Shown here piece by piece: positions 19,474 through 30,819 of a stretch of DNA of 64,000 nt. The stretch is from Paludibacteraceae bacterium (GTDB lineage Bacteria; Bacteroidota; Bacteroidia; Bacteroidales; Paludibacteraceae): positions 15,314-79,313 of the forward strand of contig JAEESF010000009.1 in assembly GCA_016286205.1 (NCBI GenBank), given 5' to 3'. The position numbers and the translations under genes are program-made. Within the stretch, counting starts at the first letter, position 1. Each line of letters begins with the position of its first letter. The notes beneath the pieces are model-generated. The model was not told the DNA's origin, did not search any database, and saw only the letters and a program-made list of their open reading frames with translations.

Positions 19474-20106
19474 TTATATTGTCTCTTTCATGGTTTGTTC
19501 TAACTGCTGACGAAAAGCATCGATATCGCCTAGATCCTTTATTTCACGCAGGTTTTGCACGCGCTGACGAACAGATTGGACAGCATGCTTAGCCAATTTC
19601 TCTGCCGAAGGCGTGATAGCCTGAACCAGTGCCTCCAGATTAACATCATACAGCATGCATGCATGAACTACCGTGCCAGTAGGTGTTGTATAGCATGCTG
19701 TGCCAGATACCTTGTGATCGGCCACCAGAACATCGTTATGTTGCGTTGTGACCGCATCGTAACCCAAGCGTTGCAAGGCGCAGGATAGCATTCGCAGGAA
19801 ATCGTCAAAAACCTCCTGATTGTGCATAGACGGAGATATATACGAAACCATCAGATTTCCTCGATCGGCATAAACACATCCTCCTCCACTCTGTCGTTGC
19901 ACCACATCAATACCATGTTCCCGGCAGTATTCTTCATTCACTTCCGCTTCAACACACTGGTGTCGGCCATAAATGACCGTAGGAGAGACGATCCATGTGA
20001 AAAGTGTCGGTTGCTGAACTTCACGGACCTGTTCTTGCTCCTTTGCCAGATATTCCGAGAGAGAGAGTCCCTCTGGATAGCGAATGATGTTAACCGGATT
20101 GGCCAT
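19474..20106 (-). CDS. Lipoate-protein ligase / octanoyltransferase family protein (BPL/LPL catalytic domain only)
   Basis: 210 aa with VVQRQSGGGCVYADRGNL and HKVSGTA motifs typical of the LplA/LipM catalytic domain. Confidence 0.7.
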   Translation of the reverse strand: MANPVNIIRYPEGLSLSEYLAKEQEQVREVQQPTLFTWIVSPTVIYGRHQCVEAEVNEEYCREHGIDVVQRQSGGGCVYADRGNLMVSYISPSMHNQEVFDDFLRMLSCALQRLGYDAVTTQHNDVLVADHKVSGTACYTTPTGTVVHACMLYDVNLEALVQAITPSAEKLAKHAVQSVRQRVQNLREIKDLGDIDAFRQQLEQTMKETI

Positions 20107-20115
20107 AACTCTTAA

Positions 20116-21384
20116 CTAGATTTTCGGCGCAACAATTTCCTTACCCTGGCAGAAGCGATGAGTCAATTGACGATCGTCTCCCAAATAAATATAACGTTCC
20201 AAACGGTGTTGAATAGTATAGTTATCAAAATTGAGGTCGCTTTCATCTACCACCAATGCATCAAAAGCATAACCAGGTTCAAACGAGCCGACCTTGCCAA
20301 AGAACGATCCTCCGGACTTGGTTGCGAGCCAGAATGCTTCACTTAGGCTGAGGAATGCTTCCTTATGTCCACCATGCACCCATTTCAGTTTAGACATCTG
20401 AAGAGTGTAGTGCATTACGCGGAAGATAGAGAAACCACTACCTCCGGATACATCAGAACCCAATGCGACAGGAATTCCCGCATTTAGGAACCGGCGAATA
20501 GGAGCAATACCTGAACCAATATTGCAATTGGAAGTAGGACAATGGACAGCAAACACATGGTTCGCACGCATCAGTTCGAACTCTTCTCCTTCTGTATAAC
20601 AACAATGCGCCATAAGGGTTGGCGTTTGACCAAACATGCCATAACGACGGTATGCATCACCATAACAAGTGGATTCGGGTTCTAATTCCTTCACCCAAGC
20701 AATTTCCGATTGATTCTCACTAAGGTGAGACTGAACAGGTAAGTGGTATTCGTTAGCCAATTGGCCTAATGCAGTCATCATAGCAGGTGTACAACTGGGT
20801 ACAAAACGCGGCGTGACGATAGCCGAAACCAAAGGCATCGAGCGTGTATGTTCCATCACTCGTTTGGTTCCCTCGACTGCTTCTTCCGGCGTATTACTCA
20901 ACGTATCAGGTCCATTGCGGTCCATGCCCACCAAACCAACCATACCACCCATTCCCGCCTCATGAAGCAGATCAGCCAAAAGGCAAGAAGCATCCGGATG
21001 AATAGTGGCAAAAATAGCCGCACGCATAGTACCGAGTTTCCAGAGATCGCGTACAAAACGACGGTACATACGCTCGGCATACTTGATATCCTTGTATTTC
21101 GATTCCTCGGGGAAGGTATAAGTATTTAGCCATGGTAGTAATTCCATATCCATAGCAATGCCCAGATTTCGGTATTGCGGCGCATGTACGTGCAAATCGT
21201 TCATTGCAGGCATAAGCAATTGGTCGCCAAAATCAATGACCGGCACATCCTTATACTCATTCGGCAAAGTCTGGTAAGTGTCAACCACATTACCATCGTC
21301 ACCCACTACAACATAGCCATGCTCCAATACTCGGAAAGCACTTGGCGTTGGGGTGTAGATAATATTCGCTTTATAGATTTTCAT
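20116..21384 (-). CDS. Amidohydrolase family protein (guanine deaminase / chlorohydrolase-like)
   Basis: MNDLHVHAPQ metal-binding HxH, a later HLSEN and GSDVSGG. I chose the start at MKIYKANIIY (ATGA overlap with the gtrA-like stop) rather than the track's upstream Met at 21432. Confidence 0.8.
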   Translation of the reverse strand: MKIYKANIIYTPTPSAFRVLEHGYVVVGDDGNVVDTYQTLPNEYKDVPVIDFGDQLLMPAMNDLHVHAPQYRNLGIAMDMELLPWLNTYTFPEESKYKDIKYAERMYRRFVRDLWKLGTMRAAIFATIHPDASCLLADLLHEAGMGGMVGLVGMDRNGPDTLSNTPEEAVEGTKRVMEHTRSMPLVSAIVTPRFVPSCTPAMMTALGQLANEYHLPVQSHLSENQSEIAWVKELEPESTCYGDAYRRYGMFGQTPTLMAHCCYTEGEEFELMRANHVFAVHCPTSNCNIGSGIAPIRRFLNAGIPVALGSDVSGGSGFSIFRVMHYTLQMSKLKWVHGGHKEAFLSLSEAFWLATKSGGSFFGKVGSFEPGYAFDALVVDESDLNFDNYTIQHRLERYIYLGDDRQLTHRFCQGKEIVAPKI

Positions 21385-21824
21385 GATATTGTATTGGGTT
21401 CTTTTTCTTTCTTTTTGAAGAAAATGAGACAAACGAAATAATTGATGACTCCACCGATAAAGATAACGAGATAACTGATATAGTCATCACGCCATGTAGG
21501 GAAACAACGAACCATCAAAGGCAACAATCCCAGTTGGACAGCCATGTTAAGAACACGGGCCAGTAAGAATCCTCCCGCGTTCTTTAGATTAGGCCGTGTG
21601 CCGAAAGTATACCAATTGGAAAAGAGGTAGTTAGGAATCATCTCCAACACATAACCTATAGCAAATGCTACTACATACAGGGGGAGTCCCTTTTCCGGAT
21701 GCCCAAGTGCCCACAAGGCAAGCAGAAAAAGCCCGGTCTGGATAAACATGCCCGTTGTGCCGACCACAGTAAAGCGGATAGCAGAGCGGATTTTATCCGG
21801 CAGATATGAAGAAGGAAGGCGCAT
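21381..21824 (-). CDS. GtrA family membrane protein
   Basis: 147 aa with four hydrophobic helices and FTVVGTTGMFIQTGLF / YLFSNWYTF typical of GtrA-like proteins. Confidence 0.75.
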   Translation of the reverse strand: MRLPSSYLPDKIRSAIRFTVVGTTGMFIQTGLFLLALWALGHPEKGLPLYVVAFAIGYVLEMIPNYLFSNWYTFGTRPNLKNAGGFLLARVLNMAVQLGLLPLMVRCFPTWRDDYISYLVIFIGGVINYFVCLIFFKKKEKEPNTIS

Positions 21825-21837
21825 TTTCTCTCGTAGT

Positions 21838-21912
21838 GCTCTCGTGATTGTCTCGATAAAGTCTCGTGTTTGTCTCGACTCGATAGTCTGTCGTTAGTCT
21901 GTCGTTAGTCTG
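21838..21912. repeat. Short-period tandem repeats between alaS and the gtrA-like gene (ctcgtgattgtctcg...; tagtctgtcgt x2.7)
   Basis: The gtctcg-type 11-mers are related to those at 27.07 and 60.8 kb. They are followed by tagtctgtcgt tagtctgtcgt tagtctga. Confidence 0.85.
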
Positions 21913-21914
21913 AT

Positions 21915-24518
21915 TTACTTTAGTCCAGCTAACAGTTCGTCCATAGCGGCATCCAGGCCATTGACATCGCGTCCGCCTGCGGTTGCCATCCATGGCTGAC
22001 CACCTCCACCGCCCTGGATATGTCTAGCGGCAGATTTTATCATCAGACCGGCATTCTTGCCCTCATCAACCAACGGTTGGCTGAGGAATACTGCGATAGT
22101 CGGCTTGCCATCGAACTGAGTAGCTGCAATCAGTGCAAACTTCACATTGGTGAACTTACCGCGCAACAATGGCATAACGCCACGTAGCATCTCCGGATTT
22201 TGTTCGCCTTGCATGCGTACCAGTTTGATATCACCGAAGTCTTCTGCCCGACGGATGATGTCGTCGCGGAACATCTCTATCTTCTCGGCCATGAATAGTT
22301 CAATCTGCTTCTTTAGTCCGGCGTTCTCGTCAATAGACTTATGTATAGCCGCAACCAAATCAGGAGCATTGTTGAACAATCCACGCAGACCATTCAGCAT
22401 ATCTTGCGCAGCATAGTAGACCTGGTCTGCATGTGCGGCCGTAACTGCCTCTATACGACGAATGCCTGCAGCGATACTAGTCTCCATAAGAATGCGAACC
22501 GAACCAATGCGGCCTGTGCTAGCGACGTGACAACCGCCACACAATTCTACAGACGGGCCATACTTGATAACTCGTACATCGTCGCCGTATTTCTCGCCAA
22601 AGAGTGCCATAGCCCCCATGGCCTTAGCCTCAGCGATAGGCGTATGACGACTTTCCTCCAGATGCCAGTCTTGGCGAATAATCTGGTTAGCCAGTTGTTC
22701 CACCTTACGCAACTCTTCCGGGGTCACTTTCTGGAAGTGAGAGAAGTCAAAACGCAGGCTTTCAGGAGTAACCAAACTACCCTTTTGCTCTACATGCTTG
22801 CCCAGCACTTCGCGCAGTGCATAGTGTAGAATATGCGTTGCTGTATGGTTGCACATGATAGCCTGACGACGCTCTGCATCTACTGTTGCTTTCAGTTCAC
22901 CTTCTATATTCTCCGGCAATTCTATCAAGATATGCACCGGCAGGTTATTCTCGCGCTTGGTATCGATCACACGTACATTGCCTAGTGTGCCTGTATCACC
23001 AATCTCACCACCCATCTCTGCATAGAATGGCGTTTGGCTGAGTACTACCTGATAAAAATCCTTCCCCTTCTGACTTACCTTGCGATAGCGAAGTACCTGT
23101 GTGTTGCAAGCCAGTTGATCGTATCCAATGAACTCCGTATCCCCTTCGCGAAGCACGGTCCAGTCTCCTAAATCTTGCTTATTCGCAGAACGTCCCATCT
23201 CTTTCTGATGCTCTAGGGCACGATTGTATTCCTCCTCATTGGTAGTGAAGCCATTCTCTCGGAGAATCAATTCGGTTAGATCCAACGGGAAGCCATATGT
23301 ATCCTTTAATGTGAAGACATCCACACCGCTAATCTCTGTCTTGCCGGCTTTGCGTGCATCGTCCATGAGGCGGTCGAGCAGACCAATACCTTTATCCAAA
23401 GTGCGTAGGAAAGCCTCTTCCTCGCTCTTGATAACAGGAACAATTTGTGCTTGCTGCTTGGCCAATTCAGGATACGCATCGCCCATATCTGCAATGAGTT
23501 GCGGCACCAACTGATAGAGGAACGCAGAACGCATATTGAGGAACGTGTAGCCATAACGCACAGCACGGCGAAGAATACGACGAATGACGTAGCCTGCTTT
23601 CTCATTAGAAGGCAATTGGCCATCAGTAATAGCAAAAGCGATAGTACGTATATGGTCGGCGATAACACGCATAGCAATATCGGTCTTCTCGTCCTTGCCG
23701 TATTCGCAACCACAAATCTCGCCTATCTTGCGCAGCATTGGCTGGAATACATCTGTATCGTAGTTACTGGTCTTGCCTTGGATAGTACGAACGAGACGCT
23801 CAAAGCCCATACCCGTGTCAATCACTTTCTTTGCGAGCGGTTCCAACGAGCCATCTGCCTTGCGATTGAACTGCATGAAGACGATATTCCAAATCTCTAT
23901 AACCTGAGGGTGATCTTTGTTGACCAATTCGCGTCCTGGCACTTTAGCACGTTCCTCTGCAGAACGACTATCTACATGTATTTCCGAACACGGACCACAA
24001 GGACCTGTATCGCCCATTTCCCAGAAATTATCGTGCTTGTTGCCGTTCAGTATATGGTCAGCAGGCAGATGCTTGGCCCAAATAGATGCGGCCTCATTGT
24101 CGCGTTCCAGGCCCTCCTCCTTTGAGCCCTCAAATACAGTAGCATAGAGATTAGAAGGATCTATCTTGAGCACATCAACTATATATTCCCAAGCAAAATC
24201 AATAGCCTCTTGTTTGAAATAATCGCCAAACGACCAGTTGCCGAGCATCTCGAACATCGTGTGGTGATAGGTATCATGACCCACTTCCTCCAGATCATTG
24301 TGTTTGCCGCTTACGCGCAGACATTTCTGACTATCGGCTACACGGGGATATTTGATGGGATCGTTGCCTAGAATGATTCCCTTCCATGGATTCATGCCGG
24401 CATTGGTAAACATGAGTGTTGGGTCATCTTTGATGACCATCGGAGCCGAAGGGACTACCTGATGACCCTTCGATGCCATAAAGTCCAAAAAGGACTGACG
24501 AATTTCTTTACTTGTCAT
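21915..24518 (-). CDS. alaS: Alanine--tRNA ligase
   Basis: 867 aa with [10 protein letters not shown], the editing-domain HTATHIL and CGGCHV motifs, and a C-terminal DHHA1-like [13 protein letters not shown]. Confidence 0.95.
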   Translation of the reverse strand: MTSKEIRQSFLDFMASKGHQVVPSAPMVIKDDPTLMFTNAGMNPWKGIILGNDPIKYPRVADSQKCLRVSGKHNDLEEVGHDTYHHTMFEMLGNWSFGDYFKQEAIDFAWEYIVDVLKIDPSNLYATVFEGSKEEGLERDNEAASIWAKHLPADHILNGNKHDNFWEMGDTGPCGPCSEIHVDSRSAEERAKVPGRELVNKDHPQVIEIWNIVFMQFNRKADGSLEPLAKKVIDTGMGFERLVRTIQGKTSNYDTDVFQPMLRKIGEICGCEYGKDEKTDIAMRVIADHIRTIAFAITDGQLPSNEKAGYVIRRILRRAVRYGYTFLNMRSAFLYQLVPQLIADMGDAYPELAKQQAQIVPVIKSEEEAFLRTLDKGIGLLDRLMDDARKAGKTEISGVDVFTLKDTYGFPLDLTELILRENGFTTNEEEYNRALEHQKEMGRSANKQDLGDWTVLREGDTEFIGYDQLACNTQVLRYRKVSQKGKDFYQVVLSQTPFYAEMGGEIGDTGTLGNVRVIDTKRENNLPVHILIELPENIEGELKATVDAERRQAIMCNHTATHILHYALREVLGKHVEQKGSLVTPESLRFDFSHFQKVTPEELRKVEQLANQIIRQDWHLEESRHTPIAEAKAMGAMALFGEKYGDDVRVIKYGPSVELCGGCHVASTGRIGSVRILMETSIAAGIRRIEAVTAAHADQVYYAAQDMLNGLRGLFNNAPDLVAAIHKSIDENAGLKKQIELFMAEKIEMFRDDIIRRAEDFGDIKLVRMQGEQNPEMLRGVMPLLRGKFTNVKFALIAATQFDGKPTIAVFLSQPLVDEGKNAGLMIKSAARHIQGGGGGQPWMATAGGRDVNGLDAAMDELLAGLK

Positions 24519-25638
24519 TATCGTTTGTTGTATTAGTCTCTGTTTGCTGATTGTTGAACCGGTTGCCTCCAGTAGTAGTCTTAAAGTCTATAAATTCGCG
24601 GCGCGGACGTCCCTCTTTGTCCTCTCGCTCGATGAAGGGCAATGGATTAGCACGCAGTTTGTCGTATTCTGCGCGTGTACGCAAAACGTCTAAAGCCATA
24701 TAGAGCGCGTTGCGCATGCTTGACCAGTCGGCCTGGTCCTTGCCTGCGATGTCGTAACCTGTACCATGGTCAGGCGAAGTGCGAACGATGCTGAGACCTG
24801 CGGTATAGTTAACGCCCGACATATCCAGTGTCTTGAATGGTGCCAATCCCTGGTCGTGGTACATAGCCAGAACAGCATCGAAATGGGCGTAGTGACCCGA
24901 ACCAAAGAAACCGTCGGAGGCGTATGGACCGAAAGCCCAGATGCCCTGCTCGTTAGCTTTCTTGATGGCAGGAATAATGATCTCCTGTTCTTCTTTGCCC
25001 AGCAGGCCTGCATCACCCGCGTGCGGATTGAGAGCCAAGACAGCAATGCGCGGTTTCTCGAGAGCGAAGTCGCGTTTGAGTGAATCGTTTAGTAGTTTCA
25101 ACTTTGCCAAGATGCGCTCTTCGGTTATCTGGCCGGGTATATCAGCAATGGCGACGTGATTGCAAACTAGTGCCACACGCAGATTACCGCTACAGAGCAT
25201 CATCAGCGAGTCCGGTCCAAACTGTTCTGCCAGATATTCGGTATGTCCGCCTTTCAGCGCCTCTTTGTTAAGCGGAGCTGTCAGCAGGGCTTGTGCCTTG
25301 CCTTCTTTCAGGTCGCGGCACGCACGATCGAGCGCAGCCTTAGCCGCCTTGTTGGCATCCGGGGAAGGAGTTCCGAACTGAACAGGAAGATCGTCTGTGT
25401 AACAGGTAACCATGTTCAGTCGGCCATCCTTAGCCTGCGATGCATCGTCTATCTGATTCCACTGGATATTGCGGTGATCTTCGTCCAAGGTCTGGATATG
25501 ATGTTTTGCCACCACAGCATTGCCATAGATAACAGGGCGACAAATCTCGAAGATATGGCTCTCGAGCAATGCCTTGATGATGATTTCGTATCCTACACCG
25601 TTGGTATCACCGGCCGTTATTGCGATTATAGGTTTCAT
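24508..25638 (-). CDS. pdxA: 4-hydroxythreonine-4-phosphate dehydrogenase
   Basis: 376 aa with [29 protein letters not shown] and [12 protein letters not shown]. It has a ~40-aa polar C-terminal tail overlapping the alaS start by 11 nt. Confidence 0.88.
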   Translation of the reverse strand: MKPIIAITAGDTNGVGYEIIIKALLESHIFEICRPVIYGNAVVAKHHIQTLDEDHRNIQWNQIDDASQAKDGRLNMVTCYTDDLPVQFGTPSPDANKAAKAALDRACRDLKEGKAQALLTAPLNKEALKGGHTEYLAEQFGPDSLMMLCSGNLRVALVCNHVAIADIPGQITEERILAKLKLLNDSLKRDFALEKPRIAVLALNPHAGDAGLLGKEEQEIIIPAIKKANEQGIWAFGPYASDGFFGSGHYAHFDAVLAMYHDQGLAPFKTLDMSGVNYTAGLSIVRTSPDHGTGYDIAGKDQADWSSMRNALYMALDVLRTRAEYDKLRANPLPFIEREDKEGRPRREFIDFKTTTGGNRFNNQQTETNTTNDNDK

Positions 25639-26137
25639 TGTGTATCTTTTCGTATTTGAGTTTGTCTAAGTCGTAGTTCTTGCGCTCCTCATCCTTGTAG
25701 CCAAGCGAGATGATGCAGAGTACAGTGCGGTCATCAGGAATAGCGCAAAGTTCTTTTATTAAGTCTTCCGAAGCCTCGCGGCAATATACCTGACACCAAC
25801 AGGCTCCAAGTCCTTGTTCCTCAGCGGCCAAGAGTATATGCTCGGCTGCGATAGCCCCGTCCGCCATCCATACATCGGTAAGCGAGGTATCCAGGGCGAT
25901 GACGATAGCGGCCATGGCCGTATCGAACATGCCACTTCCGTAGGTGCGGCAAGCCGCCATGGCACGGAGTTTCTCGACATCACGCACCACGATGAATTCC
26001 CAAGGACAGGTGCGATGACCGGATGGAGCCATCAGCGCGCAGCGCAACAGATAATCTATTTTTTCCTGCTCTACAGGACGGTCGGTATACTTGCGAATTG
26101 ACCGCCTGTGTTGGCATAATTCTAAGAAAGAGCCCAT
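25607..26137 (-). CDS. Nitroreductase family protein
   Basis: I chose the start at MGSFLELCQHRRSIRKYTDRPV (ATG complement at 26135-26137). The rest of track ORF 25607..26500 runs through the promoter region and is not credible coding. Confidence 0.8.
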   Translation of the reverse strand: MGSFLELCQHRRSIRKYTDRPVEQEKIDYLLRCALMAPSGHRTCPWEFIVVRDVEKLRAMAACRTYGSGMFDTAMAAIVIALDTSLTDVWMADGAIAAEHILLAAEEQGLGACWCQVYCREASEDLIKELCAIPDDRTVLCIISLGYKDEERKNYDLDKLKYEKIHNETYNRNNGR

Positions 26138-26156
26138 ATTATTCCAATTTAGCGTG

Positions 26157-26188
26157 CAAAGGTACAAATAATTTTTCATATACGCAAG
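26157..26188 (-). promoter_or_regulatory. Promoter cassette for the nitroreductase gene (-33 TTGCGT, -7 TACCTTTG)
   Basis: The reverse complement reads cTTGcgtatatgaaaaattatttgTACCTTTGcacgc. Confidence 0.65.
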
Positions 26189-26253
26189 CGCGCACGCACA
26201 TTTTTGCAAAAAAGTGACTTTTTTCCTGAAAAAAGTGAGAATATGGAAGGCAT

Positions 26254-26287
26254 GGCATCGAAATTTCGAATAATATTTGTATCTTTG
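26254..26287 (+). promoter_or_regulatory. Probable promoter for the prsW-like gene (-7 TATCTTTG)
   Basis: The sequence is aaatttcgaataatatttgTATCTTTGcgg, 29 nt before the ATG. The -33 element is weak. Confidence 0.45.
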
Positions 26288-26315
26288 CGGCGATAATGTG
26301 TAATTAAGGAAAAGT

Positions 26316-27011
26316 ATGTATTGGATGCTGATTGCGGCTCTGTTGCCCGCTATTTTGCTTGGTCTGTATATTTGGCGAAAAGATCCGATTCCAGAGCCTG
26401 TGCGTTGGCTATTTCGTGCGGCATTGGCGGGTGTACTGATTAGTATTCCTGTGGCTTTTGCCGAATATTCGATAGCAGGACTGATCTTCCCAAGTGGCAA
26501 ACCTACGACCCTATTTGGGACGACTATTCAGGCTTTTCTGGTAGCCGCTACACCCGAGGAGTGTGCCAAACTGTTGGCGCTATGGCTTATCTTGCGCAGA
26601 AATCCTCATTTTGACGAGCATTTTGATGGCATCACTTATGCGGTGTTCGTTGGTTTGGGTTTTGCTGCCATAGAGAATGTGGGCTACGTATTGACGAGTG
26701 GCGACGGATGGGTTACGGTGGCTGCTATGCGTGCTCTGCTGGCCGTTCCCGGGCATTATGCCTTTGCCATTCTGATGGGTTATTACTACACCAAATATCA
26801 TTTTGTGGAGCATACGGCTTGGAATGGCGCGAAAGTGATTTTGATGCCTATTTTGGCGCATGGAGTCTATGATGCATTGGCCATGACCGGTTCTGTGGAT
26901 CCTATGGTAGGCGGTGTTTGTTTCTTCGTGCTCATCTGGTTCTGCATCAAACTGCAGCGCGCCGCTTACCGCAAAGTCAAAGCCTTGGCTACTGATTCGC
27001 AATTATTATAA
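26316..27011 (+). CDS. PrsW family intramembrane metalloprotease
   Basis: 231 aa, polytopic, with ATPEECAKLLALW (EExxK) and AHGVYDAL (HxxxD) motifs. Confidence 0.8.
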   Translation: MYWMLIAALLPAILLGLYIWRKDPIPEPVRWLFRAALAGVLISIPVAFAEYSIAGLIFPSGKPTTLFGTTIQAFLVAATPEECAKLLALWLILRRNPHFDEHFDGITYAVFVGLGFAAIENVGYVLTSGDGWVTVAAMRALLAVPGHYAFAILMGYYYTKYHFVEHTAWNGAKVILMPILAHGVYDALAMTGSVDPMVGGVCFFVLIWFCIKLQRAAYRKVKALATDSQLL

Positions 27012-27029
27012 AAATCAAAACTACAAAAA

Positions 27030-27243
27030 GATAGTGCGCTCGATAATGTCTCGTGAACGTCTCGAGCACTCCAGGTAATTGTCTCGTGATTGTCTCGTGA
27101 TTGTCTCGGTAGTAAATCGGGTATATATACATAGTATATATAAATATGCAGTTTTTGACAAGGCATTTTTATGCAGAAAACTTGATTTTTTATGTTTTCC
27201 ACATAAAAACTTGCATATGTCAAAAAAAAGCAGTACTTTTGCG
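27030..27243 (+). repeat. Dispersed ~215-bp composite intergenic element, copy A (hairpin with gtctcgtga 11-mers + TATATAC palindrome + promoter cassette)
   Basis: By eye, over 90 percent identical to 60761..60983 in the same orientation. Copy B carries one extra ttgtctcgtga unit. Confidence 0.9.
27210..27241 (+). promoter_or_regulatory. Promoter cassette for the OMP gene at 27257 (-33 TTGCAT, -7 TACTTTTG)
   Basis: The sequence is cTTGcatatgtcaaaaaaaagcagTACTTTTGcg. Confidence 0.7.
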
Positions 27244-27256
27244 CCCGATTTTTGGT

Positions 27257-28141
27257 ATGCGCACGCAGAAAACGACACATAAGCGTTTGATTTATATCCT
27301 AATAGGCCTATTGTTCATGCCTGTTACGGTTTCAGCGGAGCATCGCACGTTGCATGCAGAGGCCGATCGGCCCGGAATGGGTACAGGAACCAACGTGTTA
27401 GGTTTTGGCATTTTCCAATGGGAAACGGGATTTGAGGTGATGCATATACCGGGTACTCATGTGTTGACCTTGCCAACTACCCTTTTCCGTTTCGGATTGC
27501 ACGAACGTGCGGAGTTGCGTTTGGAATACACCGGAGGCTTAGCACTCCTCGACCATCCAGACAGCGATCCGCAGACTGCTGACGATGGTTTTTACTACAC
27601 AGAGCCGTTGAGTATAGGTTCCAAGTTGATGTTATGGCCGGGCTCTGACGAACAGCAGTTGCGGTGGCTTCCCCGCACAAGTTTAATGCTCAACGTCGGC
27701 ATACCACTAACGAGTCAAGCAGCGGAAAGGATGCCTGTTTCCGGATGTGCGGACCTGCTCTTTGAGAATGATATCACGGACTGGCTGACCGCCGAGTATG
27801 AGTTCGGCACCCACTGGCGCGAATGGGCACCAATGCCGGATTTCTTCGTGGCTTTCGGCCTTGATTTCGAAATCACGGACAAGTTAGGGGTCTTTGTTGA
27901 GAACTATGACTATTTCGACTGCGATGTCAATGCCGCTTTGTTCGGGCACTCCACGGCATACGACGTGAATATCGATTTCGGCGTGACATACTCGCCCGTA
28001 CCTCGCGTACAATTGGACGCGTATGCCGGATTCAACTGCTATCACTCCCTGCCTGAACTGTGCGGTCCGAAGAACAACTGTTACTGCGGTTTCGGCGTGA
28101 CATGGCTTTATTACTCAAAACAACACGATAGTCGCAAATAA
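27257..28141 (+). CDS. Outer-membrane transporter family protein (MetA-pathway/phenol-degradation-like beta-barrel)
   Basis: I chose the start at MRTQKTTHKRLIYILIGLLFMPVTVSA. It has EADRPGMGTGTNVLGFGIFQWETGFE typical of this OMP family. The track ORF start at 27146 lies inside the promoter element. Confidence 0.65.
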   Translation: MRTQKTTHKRLIYILIGLLFMPVTVSAEHRTLHAEADRPGMGTGTNVLGFGIFQWETGFEVMHIPGTHVLTLPTTLFRFGLHERAELRLEYTGGLALLDHPDSDPQTADDGFYYTEPLSIGSKLMLWPGSDEQQLRWLPRTSLMLNVGIPLTSQAAERMPVSGCADLLFENDITDWLTAEYEFGTHWREWAPMPDFFVAFGLDFEITDKLGVFVENYDYFDCDVNAALFGHSTAYDVNIDFGVTYSPVPRVQLDAYAGFNCYHSLPELCGPKNNCYCGFGVTWLYYSKQHDSRK

Positions 28142-28156
28142 TAAATCACAACATAT

Positions 28157-30784
28157 ATGGAATCAAAGTATAATCCAACTGACATTGAGGCTCGTTGGTA
28201 CCAGTATTGGCTGGACAACAAGCTGTTTCACAGTGAGCCAGATGGCCGCGAGCCATACACCATCGTCATTCCGCCACCCAATGTAACGGGCGTGCTCCAC
28301 ATGGGTCATGTGCTGAACGAGACAATACAAGATATACTCGTTCGTCGTGCGCGCCTGGAAGGCAAGAATGCGTGTTGGGTGCCCGGTACTGACCATGCGT
28401 CGATAGCTACTGAGGCCAAAGTCATCAAACGACTGAAAGAGCAAGGTATCAACAAGTCGGACCTAACACGTGAGCAGTTTTTGAAACATGCATGGGACTG
28501 GACCGATGAGCACGGAGGCATCATCCTGAAGCAACTTCGCAAACTGGGCTGTTCGTGCGACTGGGATCGTACGGCCTTCACCATGGATGAGACACGTAGC
28601 AAAGCGGTCATCAAAGTGTTCTGTGACCTCTATCGCAAAGGCCTGATTTACCGCGGTTTGCGTATGGTAAACTGGGATCCGGAGCGTCAGACAGCACTGT
28701 CGGACGAAGAGGTGATCTATCACGATGAGCACTCGAAATTCTACTACCTGCGTTACGCAGTAGTAGAGGAGCCCGGCAAATACGCCATTGTAGCCACCAC
28801 GCGTCCGGAGACTATCTTCGGTGATATAGCCGTTTGTATCAACCCTAAAGAGGAGAAAAACCAATGGCTGAAAGGTAAACATGTGATCGTGCCGGGCGTG
28901 GGACGCGAGATTCCTATTATCGAGGACCGCTACGTAGAGATTGGCTTCGGTACAGGATGTCTGAAAGTGACGCCCGCACACGACGTGAACGACTATGCGT
29001 TAGGCCAGAAATACAACCTGAAGACCATAGATATCTTCACTCCGGATGCCCATCTGAACATGGACACGATGGAACCGGAACTGCAAGCCAATGTGCGCAA
29101 ATATCATGGTATGGACCGCTTCGACTGCCGCAAGCAGATTGTGGAAGATCTGAAGGAACTGGGACTGGTAGAGAAGATTGAGGACTACGACAACAAAGTG
29201 GGTTATTCGGAGCGCACAAATGTGCCTATCGAGCCACGCCTAAGTCTGCAATGGTTCATTCGCATGAAGCATTTTGCAGATATTGCTCTGCCGCCTGTGA
29301 TGAACGACGATATCGTCTTCTATCCCACGAAATACAAAAACACCTACCGCAACTGGCTGGAGAACATCAAAGACTGGTGTATCAGTCGTCAACTTTGGTG
29401 GGGACACCGTATTCCTGCTTACTACGATGCCGATATTCTGGCACAGACAGGTTTGGAAGATTATCCTGCCGATAAGATCATTGTCTCGGAGACCGCTCCG
29501 GAAGGCAATTACGTGCAAGATGAAGGTGCTCTGGATACGTGGTTCAGCAGTTGGCTTTGGCCTATCAGTTTGTTCGATGGAATCGAGAAACCGAACAACA
29601 AAGAGATCAACTACTACTACCCCACCGCAGACCTGGTAACAGGCCCGGATATCATCTTCTTCTGGGTAGCACGTATGATCATGGCGGGCTATGAATACGT
29701 AGGCAAGATGCCATTTAAGCACGTCTATTTTACAGGTATTGTGCGCGACAAACTGGGACGTAAAATGAGTAAATCGCTCGGTAACAGTCCTGATCCACTG
29801 GATCTGATTGAGCGCTACGGAGCTGATGGCGTGCGTATGGGTATTCTGCTCTCTGCGCCGGCCGGTAACGACATCCTGTATGATGATTCGCTGTGCGAGC
29901 AAGGACGTAACTTCTGCAATAAGATATGGAACTGCTTCCGTATGGTGAAAGGGCTAGAGGTTACAGGCGAGAAGCGAGAGGATAACAGCAAAGCTGTTAA
30001 ATGGTTCGATGCGATGCTGAAACATACAGAGGCAGAGATAGCCGATCTCTTCAGCAAATATCGTCTGAGCGAGGCACTAATGGCTATCTACAAACTCTAT
30101 TGCGATGAGTTCAGCGGATGGTATCTGGAGATGATCAAACCTGCTTACGGACAACCGATCGACTGCGAGACATACGAGGCTACGCTCGGTTTCTTCGATC
30201 GCCTGCTGCGCCTGCTCCACCCATTCATGCCGTTCATCACAGAGGAACTATGGCAGAATCTCTACGAGCGCAAAGAGGGCGAAAGCATAATGTTCGCTGC
30301 GCTCAATGATGCAAATGATGCGAATGATGAAATTCTCAAAGAAGTAGAAGAACTGAAACAGATAGTGGCAGGTGTGCGTAATGCACGCGCATCGAAGAAT
30401 ATACCTCCAAAGGAGGTACTGACTCTCTATTTCGACAAAGCAGAGCAATATGCTTACGCCGAACTGCTCAAGAAACTGGCTAATGTAACGGTTAGCGGTG
30501 AGGGGTTAGAGGCTAGCGGTAACGCAGCGAAATTCATCGTGGGCACCACCGAGTTTGCTATTCCGATGGACAAATTCATCAATGTGGATGAAGAAATCAA
30601 GAAACTGGAAGCCGATCTGGCTCACCAACAGGGATTCCTTCGCGGCGTAATGGCCAAACTGAGCAACGAACGCTTTGTCCAGAATGCCAAACCGGAAATT
30701 GTGGCGCTAGAACAGAAAAAGAAGAGCGACGCGGAAACCCGTATCGCTGCTCTGGAAGAAGCCATCAAGGCGCTGAAGAAATAA
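28157..30784 (+). CDS. valS: Valine--tRNA ligase
   Basis: 875 aa with [13 protein letters not shown] (HIGH), KMSKSLGN (KMSKS) and a C-terminal coiled coil. Confidence 0.95.
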   Translation: MESKYNPTDIEARWYQYWLDNKLFHSEPDGREPYTIVIPPPNVTGVLHMGHVLNETIQDILVRRARLEGKNACWVPGTDHASIATEAKVIKRLKEQGINKSDLTREQFLKHAWDWTDEHGGIILKQLRKLGCSCDWDRTAFTMDETRSKAVIKVFCDLYRKGLIYRGLRMVNWDPERQTALSDEEVIYHDEHSKFYYLRYAVVEEPGKYAIVATTRPETIFGDIAVCINPKEEKNQWLKGKHVIVPGVGREIPIIEDRYVEIGFGTGCLKVTPAHDVNDYALGQKYNLKTIDIFTPDAHLNMDTMEPELQANVRKYHGMDRFDCRKQIVEDLKELGLVEKIEDYDNKVGYSERTNVPIEPRLSLQWFIRMKHFADIALPPVMNDDIVFYPTKYKNTYRNWLENIKDWCISRQLWWGHRIPAYYDADILAQTGLEDYPADKIIVSETAPEGNYVQDEGALDTWFSSWLWPISLFDGIEKPNNKEINYYYPTADLVTGPDIIFFWVARMIMAGYEYVGKMPFKHVYFTGIVRDKLGRKMSKSLGNSPDPLDLIERYGADGVRMGILLSAPAGNDILYDDSLCEQGRNFCNKIWNCFRMVKGLEVTGEKREDNSKAVKWFDAMLKHTEAEIADLFSKYRLSEALMAIYKLYCDEFSGWYLEMIKPAYGQPIDCETYEATLGFFDRLLRLLHPFMPFITEELWQNLYERKEGESIMFAALNDANDANDEILKEVEELKQIVAGVRNARASKNIPPKEVLTLYFDKAEQYAYAELLKKLANVTVSGEGLEASGNAAKFIVGTTEFAIPMDKFINVDEEIKKLEADLAHQQGFLRGVMAKLSNERFVQNAKPEIVALEQKKKSDAETRIAALEEAIKALKK

Positions 30785-30792
30785 CAACAAGA

Positions 30793-30818
30793 AAGCCCCG
30801 CACATGCGAGGCTTTTTT
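30793..30818. terminator. Bidirectional terminator hairpin between valS and the convergent small ORF
   Basis: agccccgca-cat-gcgaggct followed by TTTTTT on the plus strand, with a T-rich run on the minus strand as well. Confidence 0.7.
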
Positions 30819-30819
30819 G

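Noticed and set aside
23445-24125. Long plus-strand ORFs antisense to alaS (226 aa). The same issue applies to 45605..46315, 61272..61889, 28463..28981, 29240..29902, 50674..51315, 7976..8638 and 14505..15101.
   Set aside because: All lie wholly inside strongly supported genes on the other strand and have no recognisable motifs. They are typical shadow ORFs.
25607-26500. 297-aa ORF implying a long N-terminal extension of the nitroreductase
   Set aside because: The extension runs across the promoter cassette and the divergent prsW-like promoter and has junk composition. The conserved nitroreductase N-terminus starts at the Met at 26137.
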